DNA of 63,959 bases, filler included, from Basidiobolus ranarum (GCA_040143965.1; 55 parts of 55 records of this genome joined end to end with filler, not necessarily neighbours in it), one strand, 5' to 3'; shown: positions 1-11,589, numbered from the whole stretch's first letter. A program made the numbers and translations. Notes: generated from the letters alone by a model not told the origin.

Positions 1-323
1 TAGCTTTGTGAGATAATTGTTTATTGTCCAGAAATAAAGCATTTATACTTTTTGGTGGAATACAGAAAACTAACACTGGGTTTGTGTTCAGAACATCTGT
101 GGGAGTAAAATGAGCTATTTTGGGGCAATTTAGACAAGTTCAAAATTTCCATTATGGAATTGCTAATTCTCACATTGTTCACATATATATATAATATATG
201 TTCTGATTTTCAGCTAAGTGATATTTGACTAAGTATTGTTAACTAACTTATATGTGATATATGAAATAGTTGGGTGTATAAAGATAGAGATAATAAATAT
301 GATAAAGACAATAAACTTTAATA
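1..323 (-). mobile_element. Copia family A 3' LTR (partial), preceded by PPT GAGTGGGAG at 324-332
   Basis: Follows the pol stop and a purine tract. Same sequence as the LTRs at 15261-15637 and 24959-25334. Confidence 0.9.
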
Positions 324-334
324 CTCCCACTCAA

Positions 335-1070
335 TTAAATATTCATATATCTTAATCCAAACTTAAATCTTAAATCTTCAAATTTAGGCTTGGGTAATGG
401 TTTGGTAAGGATATCAGCAATCATGTCCTCAGTTGGACAGTACTCCAGTTGGACGTGCTTGTTCTCAATAGCTTCCCTAACAAAGTGATGTTGAATATTA
501 ATGTGCTTACTTCTAGGATGAAATATGGGATTTTTAGCTAAAGAAATACAACTTTGATTATCCTTGAAAATTATGGTGGGTGAACTTTGAATAATGCCCA
601 AGTCTTTGAACAGTTTCCTTAACCACATAGCTTCCTTTGTTGTATGTGATGCTGCCACGTATTCTGCTTCAGTTGTTGAAAGTGCTATGGTGGGTTGTTT
701 CTTGCTATTCCAAGATATGGCTGCTTCACTATAGAGAAATGTATATCCAGTGATAGATCTTCTGTCCTCAATATCATGTCCCCAATCTGCATCACTAAAC
801 CCAAATAGATCCTTATTCTCATAAGAATATGTGTATCTTAATCCCAGATCAATTGTCCTCTTCAAATATCTGAAAATCCGCTTAACTGCTGCATAATGCT
901 CAGATCCTGGGTTTTGCACATGTTGGCTGACTAATCCCACTGCAAAAGAAATATCTGGTTGGGTTCCAGTCATAGCATAGATCAAACTACCGACCATAGA
1001 TTGATAAAGGAACTCAGAGTTTTCAAATGACATATTTTGAGCCATATTTGGCCGATTTTCATCATTTTGG
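335..1070 (-). mobile_element. Ty1/copia pol: RT C-terminus and RNase H
   Basis: Motifs YQSMVGSLIY, GFSDADWG, ALSTTEAEY, SKHINIQHHFVRE and MIADILTKPL. Confidence 0.97.
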
Positions 1071-1170
1071 NNNNNNNNNNNNNNNNNNNNNNNNNNNNNN
1101 NNNNNNNNNNNNNNTTAATTAATTAANNNNNNNNNNNNNNNNNNNNNNNNNNNNNNNNNNNNNNNNNNNN
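1071..1170. other. Artificial contig linker N44-TTAATTAATTAA-N44 (first of 54; the window is 55 concatenated ~1.06 kb contigs)
   Basis: An identical 100-nt spacer recurs every ~1.16 kb. The 12-mer gives stops in all six frames. Contig lengths fall steadily from 1070 to 1059. Confidence 0.98.
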
Positions 1171-2239
1171 CATAGGAGTTTGGTGCATCTCGGAGCTGAA
1201 AATATGAGAAATTTAGTCAACAACAAGATGATTTTGGGACTTAATTTCATTATTCCACCGGATCTGAAGCAATGTGAAGGTTGCTTATATGGTAGGGAGC
1301 ACAGACAGCCATTTGTGGGCTCTGGAATGAGCAAAATTGATCAAAAATTGGGCCTCATACACTCAGATCTGTGTGGCCCAACATAGACAAAATCCTTAGG
1401 CAGAAAAAGGTATTTTATGTTCTTTATTGATTATGAGACAAAGTATACTGGGGTGTACTTTCTGGCCAGTAAGGATGAAGTCCTTGATACCTTCAAGAAG
1501 TTCAAAGCAATGGTGGAGATTGAAACAGGTCTAAAGATTAAGATTATCCATACTGAAAATGGAGTGGAATATACCTCAAAATTCTTCTCTAACTTCTGCT
1601 CAGCACATGGGATAAAACAGCAGACTACAGTGCCATATTTTCCGCAGCAGAATGGAGTAGCAGAATGCGCAAACAGATCAATAATGAAAAAGGCAAGATC
1701 AATGCTTGATGACCAAGATTTACCAAAACAGTTCTGGGCTAAATCAGTTGCAACTGCAGTATATATTAGGAATAAATGTCCTTTTAGGTCTCTATTGGCT
1801 ATGACACCTTATCAAGCTTGGTTTGAAAGAAAACCTGATGTAGCTAATCTCAAAGTTTTTGGAAGTACCATATATGCAATGATTCCAGACCAGAAGAGAT
1901 CAAAATTAGACCAAAAAAGCCAGAAATGTTTTTTTTGGGATATTGCAATGGAACAAAAGGGTACAGACTATATGACACTGAAAATAAGAGGCTAATCAAG
2001 TCAAGGGATGTGGAATTTGCTGAAGAAAAAAAATATTCAATCAAAACAATCCAGGATCAAGAAAAACAACCAAAAATTGATGAAAATACTTCTTTTTTCA
2101 CCAAATCCTGATCAGTGAGAAAAACATTGAAAATTCCTCACCTGCAGTCTCCTCAACCAAGCCTGAGGTGGTTTCATTGCCTAAATTGGTACCAGAAGTT
2201 GTAGTGCCAATTTCCCATCATAGAAGATCCAATTAGATG
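1171..2239 (+). mobile_element. Copia family A GAG-pre-integrase and integrase (degenerate)
   Basis: HLG...CEGC, IHSDLCGP, PQQNGVAE and RSKLD motifs; in-frame stop at 1384 and a poly-T frameshift near 1930. Confidence 0.95.
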
Positions 2240-3508
2240 NNNNNNNNNNNNNNNNNNNNNNNNNNNNNNNNNNNNNNNNNNNNTTAATTAATTAANNNNN
2301 NNNNNNNNNNNNNNNNNNNNNNNNNNNNNNNNNNNNNNNCTAAAAGCACTCCTTGTGAAATAACATTGAATTTTTCCCCTAGCATATATCTTTTGGCACA
2401 GGAACTGGAGTCATCAGTATCTTTATTGTGCAGAGCTTGCTTACAATTTCTTATTGTCCCACTAATTCTGTTTTTGTTGCCATACTGAGATATAAAGGGC
2501 ATTAGCTTTGGTCCTGTTTATGCTTAATTTCTCAGATATCTGTACCACACTAATGATTAGTCAAAGTTTGTATTGTCTCTCCTCCAGGCTTGCATCTTTA
2601 TGGCAGTATATCACTTAGTAGATCACTTCTTTGAGCACTGCAAAATGGTGAAAATTAATTACTCTAATATCACTCGTGTGCAGATTTAATACACCATTAA
2701 TAGTATGATTAGTCATCACTATATATGTACTGTGCTTTGGGTCATTTTGAGCCTCTAATGTCTGGCCAATATGTGTTTTGTTATACAATGCTCAAATGGC
2801 TGCCTCATACTCCTTGTATACTGTTTTACCTAGACAAATGGGTTTTGTGTTTGATGTTGGCATTTCAATAACTAAATGTTTGCTTTTTCCAACATTACTT
2901 ATTGCAAGTTAATTTATTTGTTGCCAGCCATTGCTAAGCTCAAGTATTAATTGCTTCAACTTTGAAAACATCTGCAATTTTATTTTCAAATGTTACAGTC
3001 TTTGTTTAATTTCACCAGTATTTAGACCATGCATATGGACTTGTGTTTTCATTCAAGCCTTTCCTAAATTGGTTTGCTTTTTCATTTTAGTTGCAAAATT
3101 AGTTTCATTTTGTTGACACAACATTGAGAACATTCTTGTATGTCATATTGGGCTACCTAGCTGACTTTAAAGTGTTAGAACAGGATGCAGCAACCACAAT
3201 TTCACTTTACATACATAGCCGTAATGTAAAACTCATCTTCAAAGGCTTTCTGCAAATTCTATTCTCCACTTCAGCTGCTGCAGAAATTTCTTCACTGCAT
3301 TAATTTTTTTCATCAGCTTATACATAGAAAGCTCTCTTACTAATTGCTTTAAGCTCCTGGGAAAAAGAGGAATAAAGAAAGAGGCTTGGCAATGAATTTA
3401 AATACAGCNNNNNNNNNNNNNNNNNNNNNNNNNNNNNNNNNNNNNNNNNNNNTTAATTAATTAANNNNNNNNNNNNNNNNNNNNNNNNNNNNNNNNNNNN
3501 NNNNNNNN

Positions 3509-3980
3509 CTCCTATAAAGTCAAAGGTAAAAAATAATGATGTAGTATCAGTTATATGCATGGCAAAAGTAAATATGTTTTTAAAAAGAGACTTCTGTTTG
3601 TAGTGCACATCAAGGGATGAGCAGTCTTTGTAACTCCTATAAAATCATAGAGGAAAAATCATGACATGGTATTAGTTACATGCAAGCCAAAAGTAAATAT
3701 GTTTGTAAAAAGAGGCTTACATTTGTAGTGCATGTCAAGAGATGAGTGGTCTTTGTAACTCCTTTAAAGTCAGAGATATAATATAATGATATGGTAACAG
3801 TTATATGCACTATGGAAGTAAACAGGCTTTTAAAAAGAGGCTCATGTTTGTAGTGCATGTTGACAGTCTACCACCAATGTAGCCCCTATAAAATCAGGGG
3901 CAATGCATAAAGGCATGTTTCCAGTACTATGCAGCTTGAAAGTTAGTAGGTTTTTGAAATTATAGAGGGTTCTGTTGTGC
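3509..3980 (+). repeat. Degenerate 125-bp tandem repeat (~3.5 copies) inside the probable Helitron
   Basis: The unit CTCCTATAAAGTC...TTTGTAGTGCA...CTTTGTAA starts at 3509, 3634, 3759 and ~3884. Confidence 0.85.
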
Positions 3981-4577
3981 ACATTGCTTTTATTTATATT
4001 ATTTGCAATACCTTAGTTACAAATACATTGCATTTTATATAGCTTTTTAAATTTGTAGCACCATTGTGCTGAGCAGGTTACATAGCCCAAAAGTTTATTT
4101 TAATGACTATTTTGTTGTTTTGTATATAAATACACATATATGGAGCTTCATGCTAGTGATATGTCAATATTTGTAAAACATGAGTAGAAAGCTTTTTATC
4201 AACACTTTCAATATTTCTAGATTTGTAATACAATTATGATATATCCAATATTCACTTTCTTCTTTATTTAATTTTGTAATCCTTGCAAAGTTCTTACAAA
4301 TATTATAAATTAAAAATGTTAATCAAGTTTCCTTATTACTCTCAATAGTATATAATGGATATTCTCATTAAGTAATTTGTGAATTATTAAGCTAAAAAGT
4401 AGCCAGTCTACTTATGGTAAAATTAAAATACTTAAGAGCTTTCAGAGTCTGAAGGGAAACATCTGCACTTTGGTTTCTCAGAGACTTGGAAATTAATAAA
4501 TATTAAAAAATTATCAATATATGAGAAATTTCTGTAAATTCATAAAAATTATGAAAGCTAAAATAGGCTATGTTATA
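3509..4577 (+). mobile_element. Probable Helitron 3' region, copy 1
   Basis: Aligns over ~740 nt with 37341-38080, which continues to a hairpin plus CTAG|T end. Confidence 0.55.
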
Positions 4578-4677
4578 NNNNNNNNNNNNNNNNNNNNNNN
4601 NNNNNNNNNNNNNNNNNNNNNTTAATTAATTAANNNNNNNNNNNNNNNNNNNNNNNNNNNNNNNNNNNNNNNNNNNN

Positions 4678-4958
4678 AGTGTTCCCACTAAGCCTACTTT
4701 TGTTTGGTCTGAGGGGTAGCAATGGGGATGTAACTGGATGATGAGCTTTACTTGGTTAATAAAACCACAATAGTTTTGGTGAGTGCCATCAAACTTATTT
4801 GGTAAGGAGATTTTGGGTTCAGGAGTTGGAATTGCAGTATAGTTGGGTGGAGCTGGATTCTGTACTTGAGCAATAGAAGTACAAAGTTCTTGATTTTCTT
4901 GCTGAAGCTGAGTAAGAGCTTGCATAATATCTTCCATTGTGGGGGCTGGCATAGACAT
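4678..4958 (-). mobile_element. Ty3/gypsy (sushi/chromovirus-type) gag N-terminus, with 5' leader to ~5258
   Basis: Coiled coil followed by PEPKISLPNKFDG...FINQVKLIIQLHP..YPSDQTKVG, typical of sushi/PEG10-like gag. Further copies at 40832-41238 and 60668-61462. Confidence 0.9.
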
Positions 4959-5258
4959 AATACTTACTATTTTGGGAGGGGGAAGTTTTAAAAACCACAA
5001 GTTTCTCTAGGAATGATAATCACAATGCAATGTCCAACTTTCTGTTGAAGAAATGATTGGTGCCTTGACAAAAGAATATGCTGGTATCAACGTCCTTTGA
5101 TCTTGATCAAGTACTAAAGCTTCTTTGATCAAAAACAACTGTAAACTCAACCAGTAGTGTCTTGACAAGGATGCACTTAGAGCAATTATCCAAAGGTGGA
5201 AGGTACCTTTGCCTTAGCAGGGAAGCTTGGGAAAGATGGGGAATAAGAGGGAAGCCAA

Positions 5259-5746
5259 TGTAGTGGGGTAGCATTGCTACCCACTGGCAGGTTGACTTAT
5301 TTCCACTCCGAGCTCATATCATTACTATTGCACAATTTCTACTTTATTATCCTTATTTGACTTACCCATATTTTGTAGCCAATCATATCACACTGTTAGT
5401 ATTATCCCCTATTACCTCAGATTTATCAGCATTAACACACATTAGCCCTATTATTTTCTGGAAATTCTACAATCTTCCGGAACATTCCGCAAGATTCTTG
5501 GAAAATTTGATGATTGATTAAGTTTTGACCAATCAAAACTTGATTTTGCCGGAACATTCCATGACTTTCTGGATTATTCTAAAACCTTCTGGAACATTCA
5601 ATGGATTACTAATCTCATGATTTATGATGATATCATAACCCCTGATCCCCACCAATAGAATTCTCTGGAACTTTCCGGAAAATCTCATTAGTAATCATAT
5701 CTATATTCAGAAAAGTATAAATAGGAGCCATATCTTTTCAAATAAA
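5259..5746 (+). mobile_element. Probable LTR (starts TGTAGTG) with CCAAT boxes, three heat-shock-element arrays and TATAAATA at 5716
   Basis: Interrupts the gypsy leader exactly where it diverges from the copy near 41538. Second copy at ~61855-62230. Confidence 0.65.
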
Positions 5747-5846
5747 NNNNNNNNNNNNNNNNNNNNNNNNNNNNNNNNNNNNNNNNNNNNTTAATTAATT
5801 AANNNNNNNNNNNNNNNNNNNNNNNNNNNNNNNNNNNNNNNNNNNN

Positions 5847-6196
5847 GTTATCTCTATCTTTATTCACCTAACAACATCATATATCACATATAAGTTAGTT
5901 AAAATTACTTAGTCAAATATCACCTAAACCGCAAATTGGAACATATATTACATATATATGTGAATAATGTGAGAATTAGCAATTCCATATTGGATATGTC
6001 AAACTTGTCCAAATTGCACTAAATATAGCCTATTTTGCTCACACAGAAGTTCTGAACACAACCCCAGTGTTAGTTTTTGGTATTTCCACCAAAATGTATA
6101 AATGCTTTATTTCTGGACAATAAATAATTACCTCACAAAGCTATTCACAACTCCATTTTTCTCAAGTTCCTCCAAACAGCCCTTATTTTCCCAATA
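5847..6196 (+). mobile_element. Copia A LTR (partial, ends CCCAATA) inserted in CACTA ORF2
   Basis: Matches LTR A; the flank 6197-6314 translates to ORF2 on the minus strand. Confidence 0.88.
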
Positions 6197-6314
6197 AGGT
6201 TATCATGGTGACATTTACATGTAAGGTGTGGGATTGATTGAAATCCCATATGCAAATGGCTGCAGAAGGCAGCATGATGCTGTAGCTCAAGTACAGCATT
6301 TGGAAGGTCTTTTA

Positions 6315-6915
6315 CCCTAATAGAAATTTGAGGATTGTAATCATAGGAAACCATCACAATTTTAATCCATTTGGGATTGACCATTTACTTTCCATCATAG
6401 AATCAGCAAGTTGGATTTGATATAAATGAATTTTTTTGGTTTCAGGAATGAAATTGCAAGATCTTGCAAAATAGCTGCACATGATGGGCTACAATCTTGG
6501 TGTACTATGGATCAACACATGTGCAAAAAACATAACTCAAATTTACACAATTACCACTTGAATGCTAATTTGTCACCTTTGAAATCCCTAGTCTCTTTGA
6601 TATATTCTCCGGAATATTTTTATAGAGTTCTTCATACCCAATGTTTAGCTCATACCCAACACAAGTTTGTATCAATATCTCCATCAAAGCCCCCCATTGT
6701 ATTAATGTTGCTGAATCAACATTCTTCCAGCTATCTGGCAGATACCCTGCAGTATTGTGCCACTCTGTATTAAGTTCTTCCCAGATATCTGCATGGTCAA
6801 CACAAGACTGAATGTCAAGTTGAATGTTCTTCTTCTGAAGCCACTTTCTGCATACTTGCACTGCATTTTTCCCTTTATACTTTTGAAAATACTCCTCAAG
6901 CACTTTGACTATTTT
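6315..6915 (-). mobile_element. CACTA/CMC terminus B (CCCTAATAGAAAT) plus the putative ORF2 C-terminus (6565-6915)
   Basis: Same terminus at 47630, 45080, 58813, 56567 and 30408. The ORF VLEEYFQKY...RLGISKVTN recurs at ~33100, 55971 and 58265. Confidence 0.85.
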
Positions 6916-7015
6916 NNNNNNNNNNNNNNNNNNNNNNNNNNNNNNNNNNNNNNNNNNNNTTAATTAATTAANNNNNNNNNNNNNNNNNNNNNNNNNNNNN
7001 NNNNNNNNNNNNNNN

Positions 7016-8084
7016 GCTGGCGCGCAGCTCTACGCGTTGACCCGGAATGTCTCACTTGAGGTTTGTGCTTGACAGTTATTGCTTCTTCAACCACGGTAGA
7101 AGCTTCATCTCTTTTGACTGGCCGCCATGACCTCTGTTGCATGGCAGAACGTGTTGGAGCAAGTTGTCTACCTTGAGGTTTGTGCTTGACAGTTATTGCT
7201 TCTTCAACCACGGTAGAAGCTTCATCTCTTTTGACTGGCCGTGACTGTGGTTGCATGGCAGTACGTGTTGGAGCAAATTGTCTACCTTGTGGTTTGTGTT
7301 TGGCAGTTCTGCCTTTTCAATCATTGTTGAAGCTTCATCTCTTTCAACTGACCATGGCCGTGGTTGCATGGCAGTACGTGTTGGAGCAAGTTGTCTACCT
7401 TGTGGTTTGTGTTATGTGGTTATTGCTTCTTCAACCATACTGGAATCTTCATCTCTTTTGGCTGGCCGTTGCCATGGTTGCATTCCAGTACATGTTGGAG
7501 CAAGTCATATACCTTGAGGTTTGTGTTTGGCAGCTCTTGCCTCTTCAACCATGGTAGAAGCTTCATCTCTTTTGACTGGCCACCATGACCTCTGTTACAT
7601 GACAGAACACATTGGAGCATATTGTCTACCTTGAGGTTTGTGTTCAAATATTGTGGCTTCTTCAAGCTCAGTAAGAGCTTAACTATCTCCCTCAAACACC
7701 TGTTGTCTTGGTCTCATGTGGGTACGCATAGTAGCGGATCGCTGTCTTAGAAGATTGCTCTCAGGTGTCAGATCTTTATCTGACAAAGTGGAAGGTTCAA
7801 TAATTCTTGCGGTTGGCCTTTGTTGCTATTGCGCGGTTGTACGTGTTAATCTGCTCCTTGGAGCTGACTCTTCTCCAGATGTAAAAAGCTCACTGGTTGG
7901 TTTGGTTGAATCAGGTAAATCACGTGCTATGATGCGTGAATATGCAGGCCATCCTCTTTCTGGTTCTTCATCAACTGCTTGCTCTTCATCAAAAACGGGA
8001 GAAACATCACGGACTCTTCCAAGCTGGCATTGCTGTCAATGTGTACTACTAGCTGATGAACCAACTTGTTGGGCTCTTGCCCTT
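7016..8084 (-). pseudogene. Disrupted ORF with six 38/39-aa tandem repeats (114/117 bp)
   Basis: Unit RPVKRDEASTVVEEAITVKHKPQGRQLAPTRSAMQQRSW; register points at 7081, 7198, 7311, 7425, 7539 and 7656; stops and one frameshift. Confidence 0.7.
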
Positions 8085-8184
8085 NNNNNNNNNNNNNNNN
8101 NNNNNNNNNNNNNNNNNNNNNNNNNNNNTTAATTAATTAANNNNNNNNNNNNNNNNNNNNNNNNNNNNNNNNNNNNNNNNNNNN

Positions 8185-8695
8185 AAGATTGGATTGAACT
8201 CTCCACTCCTCAATAATCAAAGCTGCTTCCTTTATTGTAAGTGTTATGAGTGGACTAATGTTTGCCAATAACAAAGAGTCCATAAGAAAACCATTGTCTT
8301 CTTCTTCAACTTCTGATATACTTCCATTGGTACTGTGATAACCAAGGTCAACATCTAGCAGCAAGTCCTCAAAGTTGTCTGGACTTACTGGTTTGGCCAA
8401 AGTTGCATTTTGACCTACATCATTCTGGTCATATAGCTTTGGTAACTCCATGGTATCTTGACTTTTGGCAGTGTTGATAAACTTTGAGGCAAATTATGGC
8501 CAGTGGACTCAATAGGCAAAACTAAAGTTGATTTAGTACACTTATTACTGTTGCTATACACCAGGCTTTGTGCAGCTGGTGGCTTTGTACAGTGACCATG
8601 CTTGTGATTATTTTTTCTATGAAGCCTCCAGCTTTCATAGCACAAGAGTTTGTGACAATAATAGCAGGGCTTCTTTAAATGTTTGTGTTGTGAAA
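8185..8695 (-). mobile_element. CACTA transposase N-terminus (degenerate)
   Basis: CxxC...H...H segment and ELPKLYDQND...KEAALIIEEWRVQSNL overlap 38974-39568, which runs into the Transposase_21-type core. Confidence 0.85.
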
Positions 8696-8908
8696 TGAGA
8701 AAGATATTTTAGAAAAAAGAACACCTCCTATATATGGGTGGTATTTTAGGTATCGCCCATCAATATCATCAGCTGATTCTGAGACGGTGTCACAGATGAG
8801 TCATCAGGGGATTTACAAGATATTTCTGGTAATGGATGGCAATTTTGGTTTATTATAAGCTGTTTCTAAGCAATTTCATTACACCAAGTTTACCATCTGA
8901 AAATTTCA

Positions 8909-9253
8909 ATGCCATTCAAAAAGCGTTCAAAATCTAAGTCAAAATTGGCTTCCAAGCCAAAGCCTGCTGGCACAAAAGGAAAAAAACCAGCAAGAACAGC
9001 AGACTTAATTGATGAACAGTCTAGCGATCCACTATCCACTTTGGAAGGCATTAACATGCTGGAAACTAACTCAAGTAATGATGAAGCATTAATCAATTTA
9101 CCAGATGTGTTCCTTTCCAGCAATAGTGCAAGTGAAGAGATTGTAATCCCCCAATTATGTAGTAAATCAATAGTTGAGCAAAGTTCAACCAAAACACCGT
9201 CAAGACCATCAACTTCCAAAATGGCTACTTTGCCCACTATTGAACAACCCTCC
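8909..9253 (+). CDS. CACTA accessory ORF2 N-terminus (basic NLS-like head, S/T-rich), divergent from the transposase
   Basis: MPFKKRSKSKSKLASKPKP...; copies at 46647-47006, 45623-45947, 58814-59323 and 35013-35905. Confidence 0.75.
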
Positions 9254-9353
9254 NNNNNNNNNNNNNNNNNNNNNNNNNNNNNNNNNNNNNNNNNNNNTTA
9301 ATTAATTAANNNNNNNNNNNNNNNNNNNNNNNNNNNNNNNNNNNNNNNNNNNN

Positions 9354-9456
9354 CTTGTCTGGTCTTGTCTTGTCTTGTGGTCTACACCCAAGTACTCTCC
9401 TGCCTTCTAGCCCCTTGTCATTGTTTCCAGTCTTTGTCCAGTTCCTTATTGTGGCA
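9354..9456 (+). mobile_element. Chromovirus LTR 3' end (U5), followed by a CACTA terminus A fragment (~9465-9525, reverse)
   Basis: Reverse complement of 41612-41720. Confidence 0.8.
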
Positions 9457-9529
9457 CTCTGCCAGTTTCGCTATTTTGGAGGGTGGATCCAATCAGGATC
9501 AAATCAATTTTATTTTTATTTGGGTACAG

Positions 9530-10421
9530 AGTGTTCCAATATTGGAATTTTGATATATCTGCATACCAAGACAATATGCTAGAGATCCAAGATCTTGTGT
9601 TTCAAACTTGGTAGATAACCAGGTCTTAATTTGTTTCATCAGATTTGAGCATTACTAACTATTGAGTTATCATCAACATAGAGAGCAATTATCACTTTAG
9701 TAGCTTTGATAGTCTTGAAGTATATGCAGTGATCAGCTTTGCTATGATGGAAAAGATGTTTCATGAAGATCTGTTTGTGGTATTCCATATGCAAAGAGCC
9801 TGTTTTAGACAATATAGATTTCTCTGTAGTTTGCATACTTGATGTTCTTTTCCTTTGGTAATATATCCCTCTGGCTGATCCATGTATATATCTTCATCAA
9901 TTTCTCTATCAAGAAATGGAATCTTCATATCCATTTGTTCAATCAGCATTCCTTAGTGGGTAGCAAAGGCTAGGATTACTCTGATTGAGGTAACTTTAAC
10001 AACAAGAGAAAATGTTCCACCATACCCAATGCCATGTTTCTGAGCATAGCCTTCAACTACTAATCTTGCTTTGTACCAGTTGATAGATCCATCTGAGTTA
10101 AGTTTCATCTCCAGCACCCATTGATTACCAATAGTTTTTCTTCCAGTAGATAAGTCCACAAGGATCCATATGTTATTCTTGATTAGGGAGTGAATTTCAT
10201 TGTCAGTGGCTTTTCTCCATTCTGTCACTTCATCAGATTTCAGAGCTTGTGTCATATTTTCTGGTTAAGCAAATGCTCTATGTGCAGATATATTCCACCC
10301 TTTTTCTGAATTGAAACTGTTGATTTTATACTCTGATTAGAGACATCCAAAGTCCTCAGTAGAATGGTCAGATGTTTCACTTACAGGACGGTTCTGATTT
10401 CTACTTCATAGGATTTCTGAG
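9530..10421 (-). mobile_element. Copia reverse transcriptase (degenerate)
   Basis: WRKATDNEIHSL, YKARLVVEGYAQ, QMDMK, IYMDQPEGY and ALYVDD motifs. Confidence 0.93.
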
Positions 10422-10521
10422 NNNNNNNNNNNNNNNNNNNNNNNNNNNNNNNNNNNNNNNNNNNNTTAATTAATTAANNNNNNNNNNNNNNNNNNNNNNN
10501 NNNNNNNNNNNNNNNNNNNNN

Positions 10522-11088
10522 AGGTTCAGTTTGTCTTTGTTAAACCTGTAATAAAGTTTTTCATATCCAAATACAAAATCTTCACACAGTTGCTCTTTCT
10601 GCCTGAGATCTGCCAATGTCAGTTAATGCTGTAAGAATGTATTAACAATATCCACCAACAACTCCCAATGTTGCCAATACCTATCAGGCAGAAATCTTTT
10701 CAAGATTCCACTTGAATATAAACAAATCCATACTACCAGTCTTTGCATTCAAATAAATGCCTAGATAAGTGGATATTGATGGGAGTCCTGGTAAAATATG
10801 ATGGTATCTTGATGTTTTCAAGTATTTTCCCAATCAATTCAAACTTTGATCCTATCTCAAATGGCTCATTCATATTGAATTTTCCACTATATAGCTGAGT
10901 AAGTAGTATTGGAATGTTGTTGAATAGTAAGTCCATGGTGCCTAATGGGAAGCTTTGGCTCCAGCTGATCCCCCTTATCAATATAATCTTAGGCTTACAG
11001 CTAATACCAAGTTTGATGTAAGACTGACTATTTGGTGAATTGATATCGGTGATCATGTTGAAATCTGACCGGGTCTTGATGGTAAATC
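10522..11088 (-). mobile_element. CACTA transposase, C-terminal half
   Basis: SFPLGTMDLLFNNI, IKIPSYFTRTP, FECKDW and RYWQHWELL motifs. Confidence 0.88.
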
Positions 11089-11286
11089 TGTTGAAGTTTA
11101 TTGTCTTTATCATATTTGTTATCTCTATCTTTATACACCTAACTATTTCATATATCACATATAAGTTAGTTAACATTACTTAGTCAAATCTTGCAAAGCT
11201 ATTCACCACTCCACTTCTCTCAAGTTCTTCCAAACAGCCCATATTTTCCCAATAGGTTATGAGCCCTGTGTTTTAACCTTTACAGC
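11089..11286 (+). mobile_element. Internally deleted copia A 5' LTR (11089-11254) plus PBS GGTTATGAGCCCTG
   Basis: TGTTGAAG start, CCCAATA end, PBS immediately after. Confidence 0.88.
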
Positions 11287-11589
11287 CCCTAACTAAAATA
11301 AAATTGATTTGATCCAGATTGGATCCACCCTCCAACATAGCAAAACCATCAGAGAACCATCACAATATTGCTGGCTTGCATTCTGCCAGGGATTTTGATG
11401 GTGTGATGGCGGTTTCTTGATGGTATCTTGATGGTATTCATACATGTTAAAATATTGATCCTCAAATTTAGCATGCGGTATTCAATATCCAGCAATTTTT
11501 GCAAAAATATAATTTTTGAATGGCAAATTACTGGGTTTACTGCTGTAGGAATTTGAATTAATATGCATGCCTCTATTTAGATATTTTAG
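11287..11589 (+). mobile_element. CACTA terminus A (CCCTAAC...) with subterminal ACCRTCA repeats
   Basis: Same terminus at 21940, 39891, 62636 and 60667 (reverse). Confidence 0.88.

Noticed and set aside
6565-6915. CACTA ORF2 as a Fanzor/TnpB cargo
   Set aside because: No RuvC or zinc-ribbon motifs in the visible parts; the middle of the ORF is not in this window.
8890-9237. Antisense ORFs over TE genes (also 6426-6773, 33092-33511, 46678-46965, 7180-7557)
   Set aside because: Shadow frames of the opposite-strand ORFs, with no motifs of their own.
10733-11176. 147-aa ORF as a novel fusion protein (similarly 6145-6384 and 51400-51978)
   Set aside because: The frame runs by chance across TE insertion junctions.
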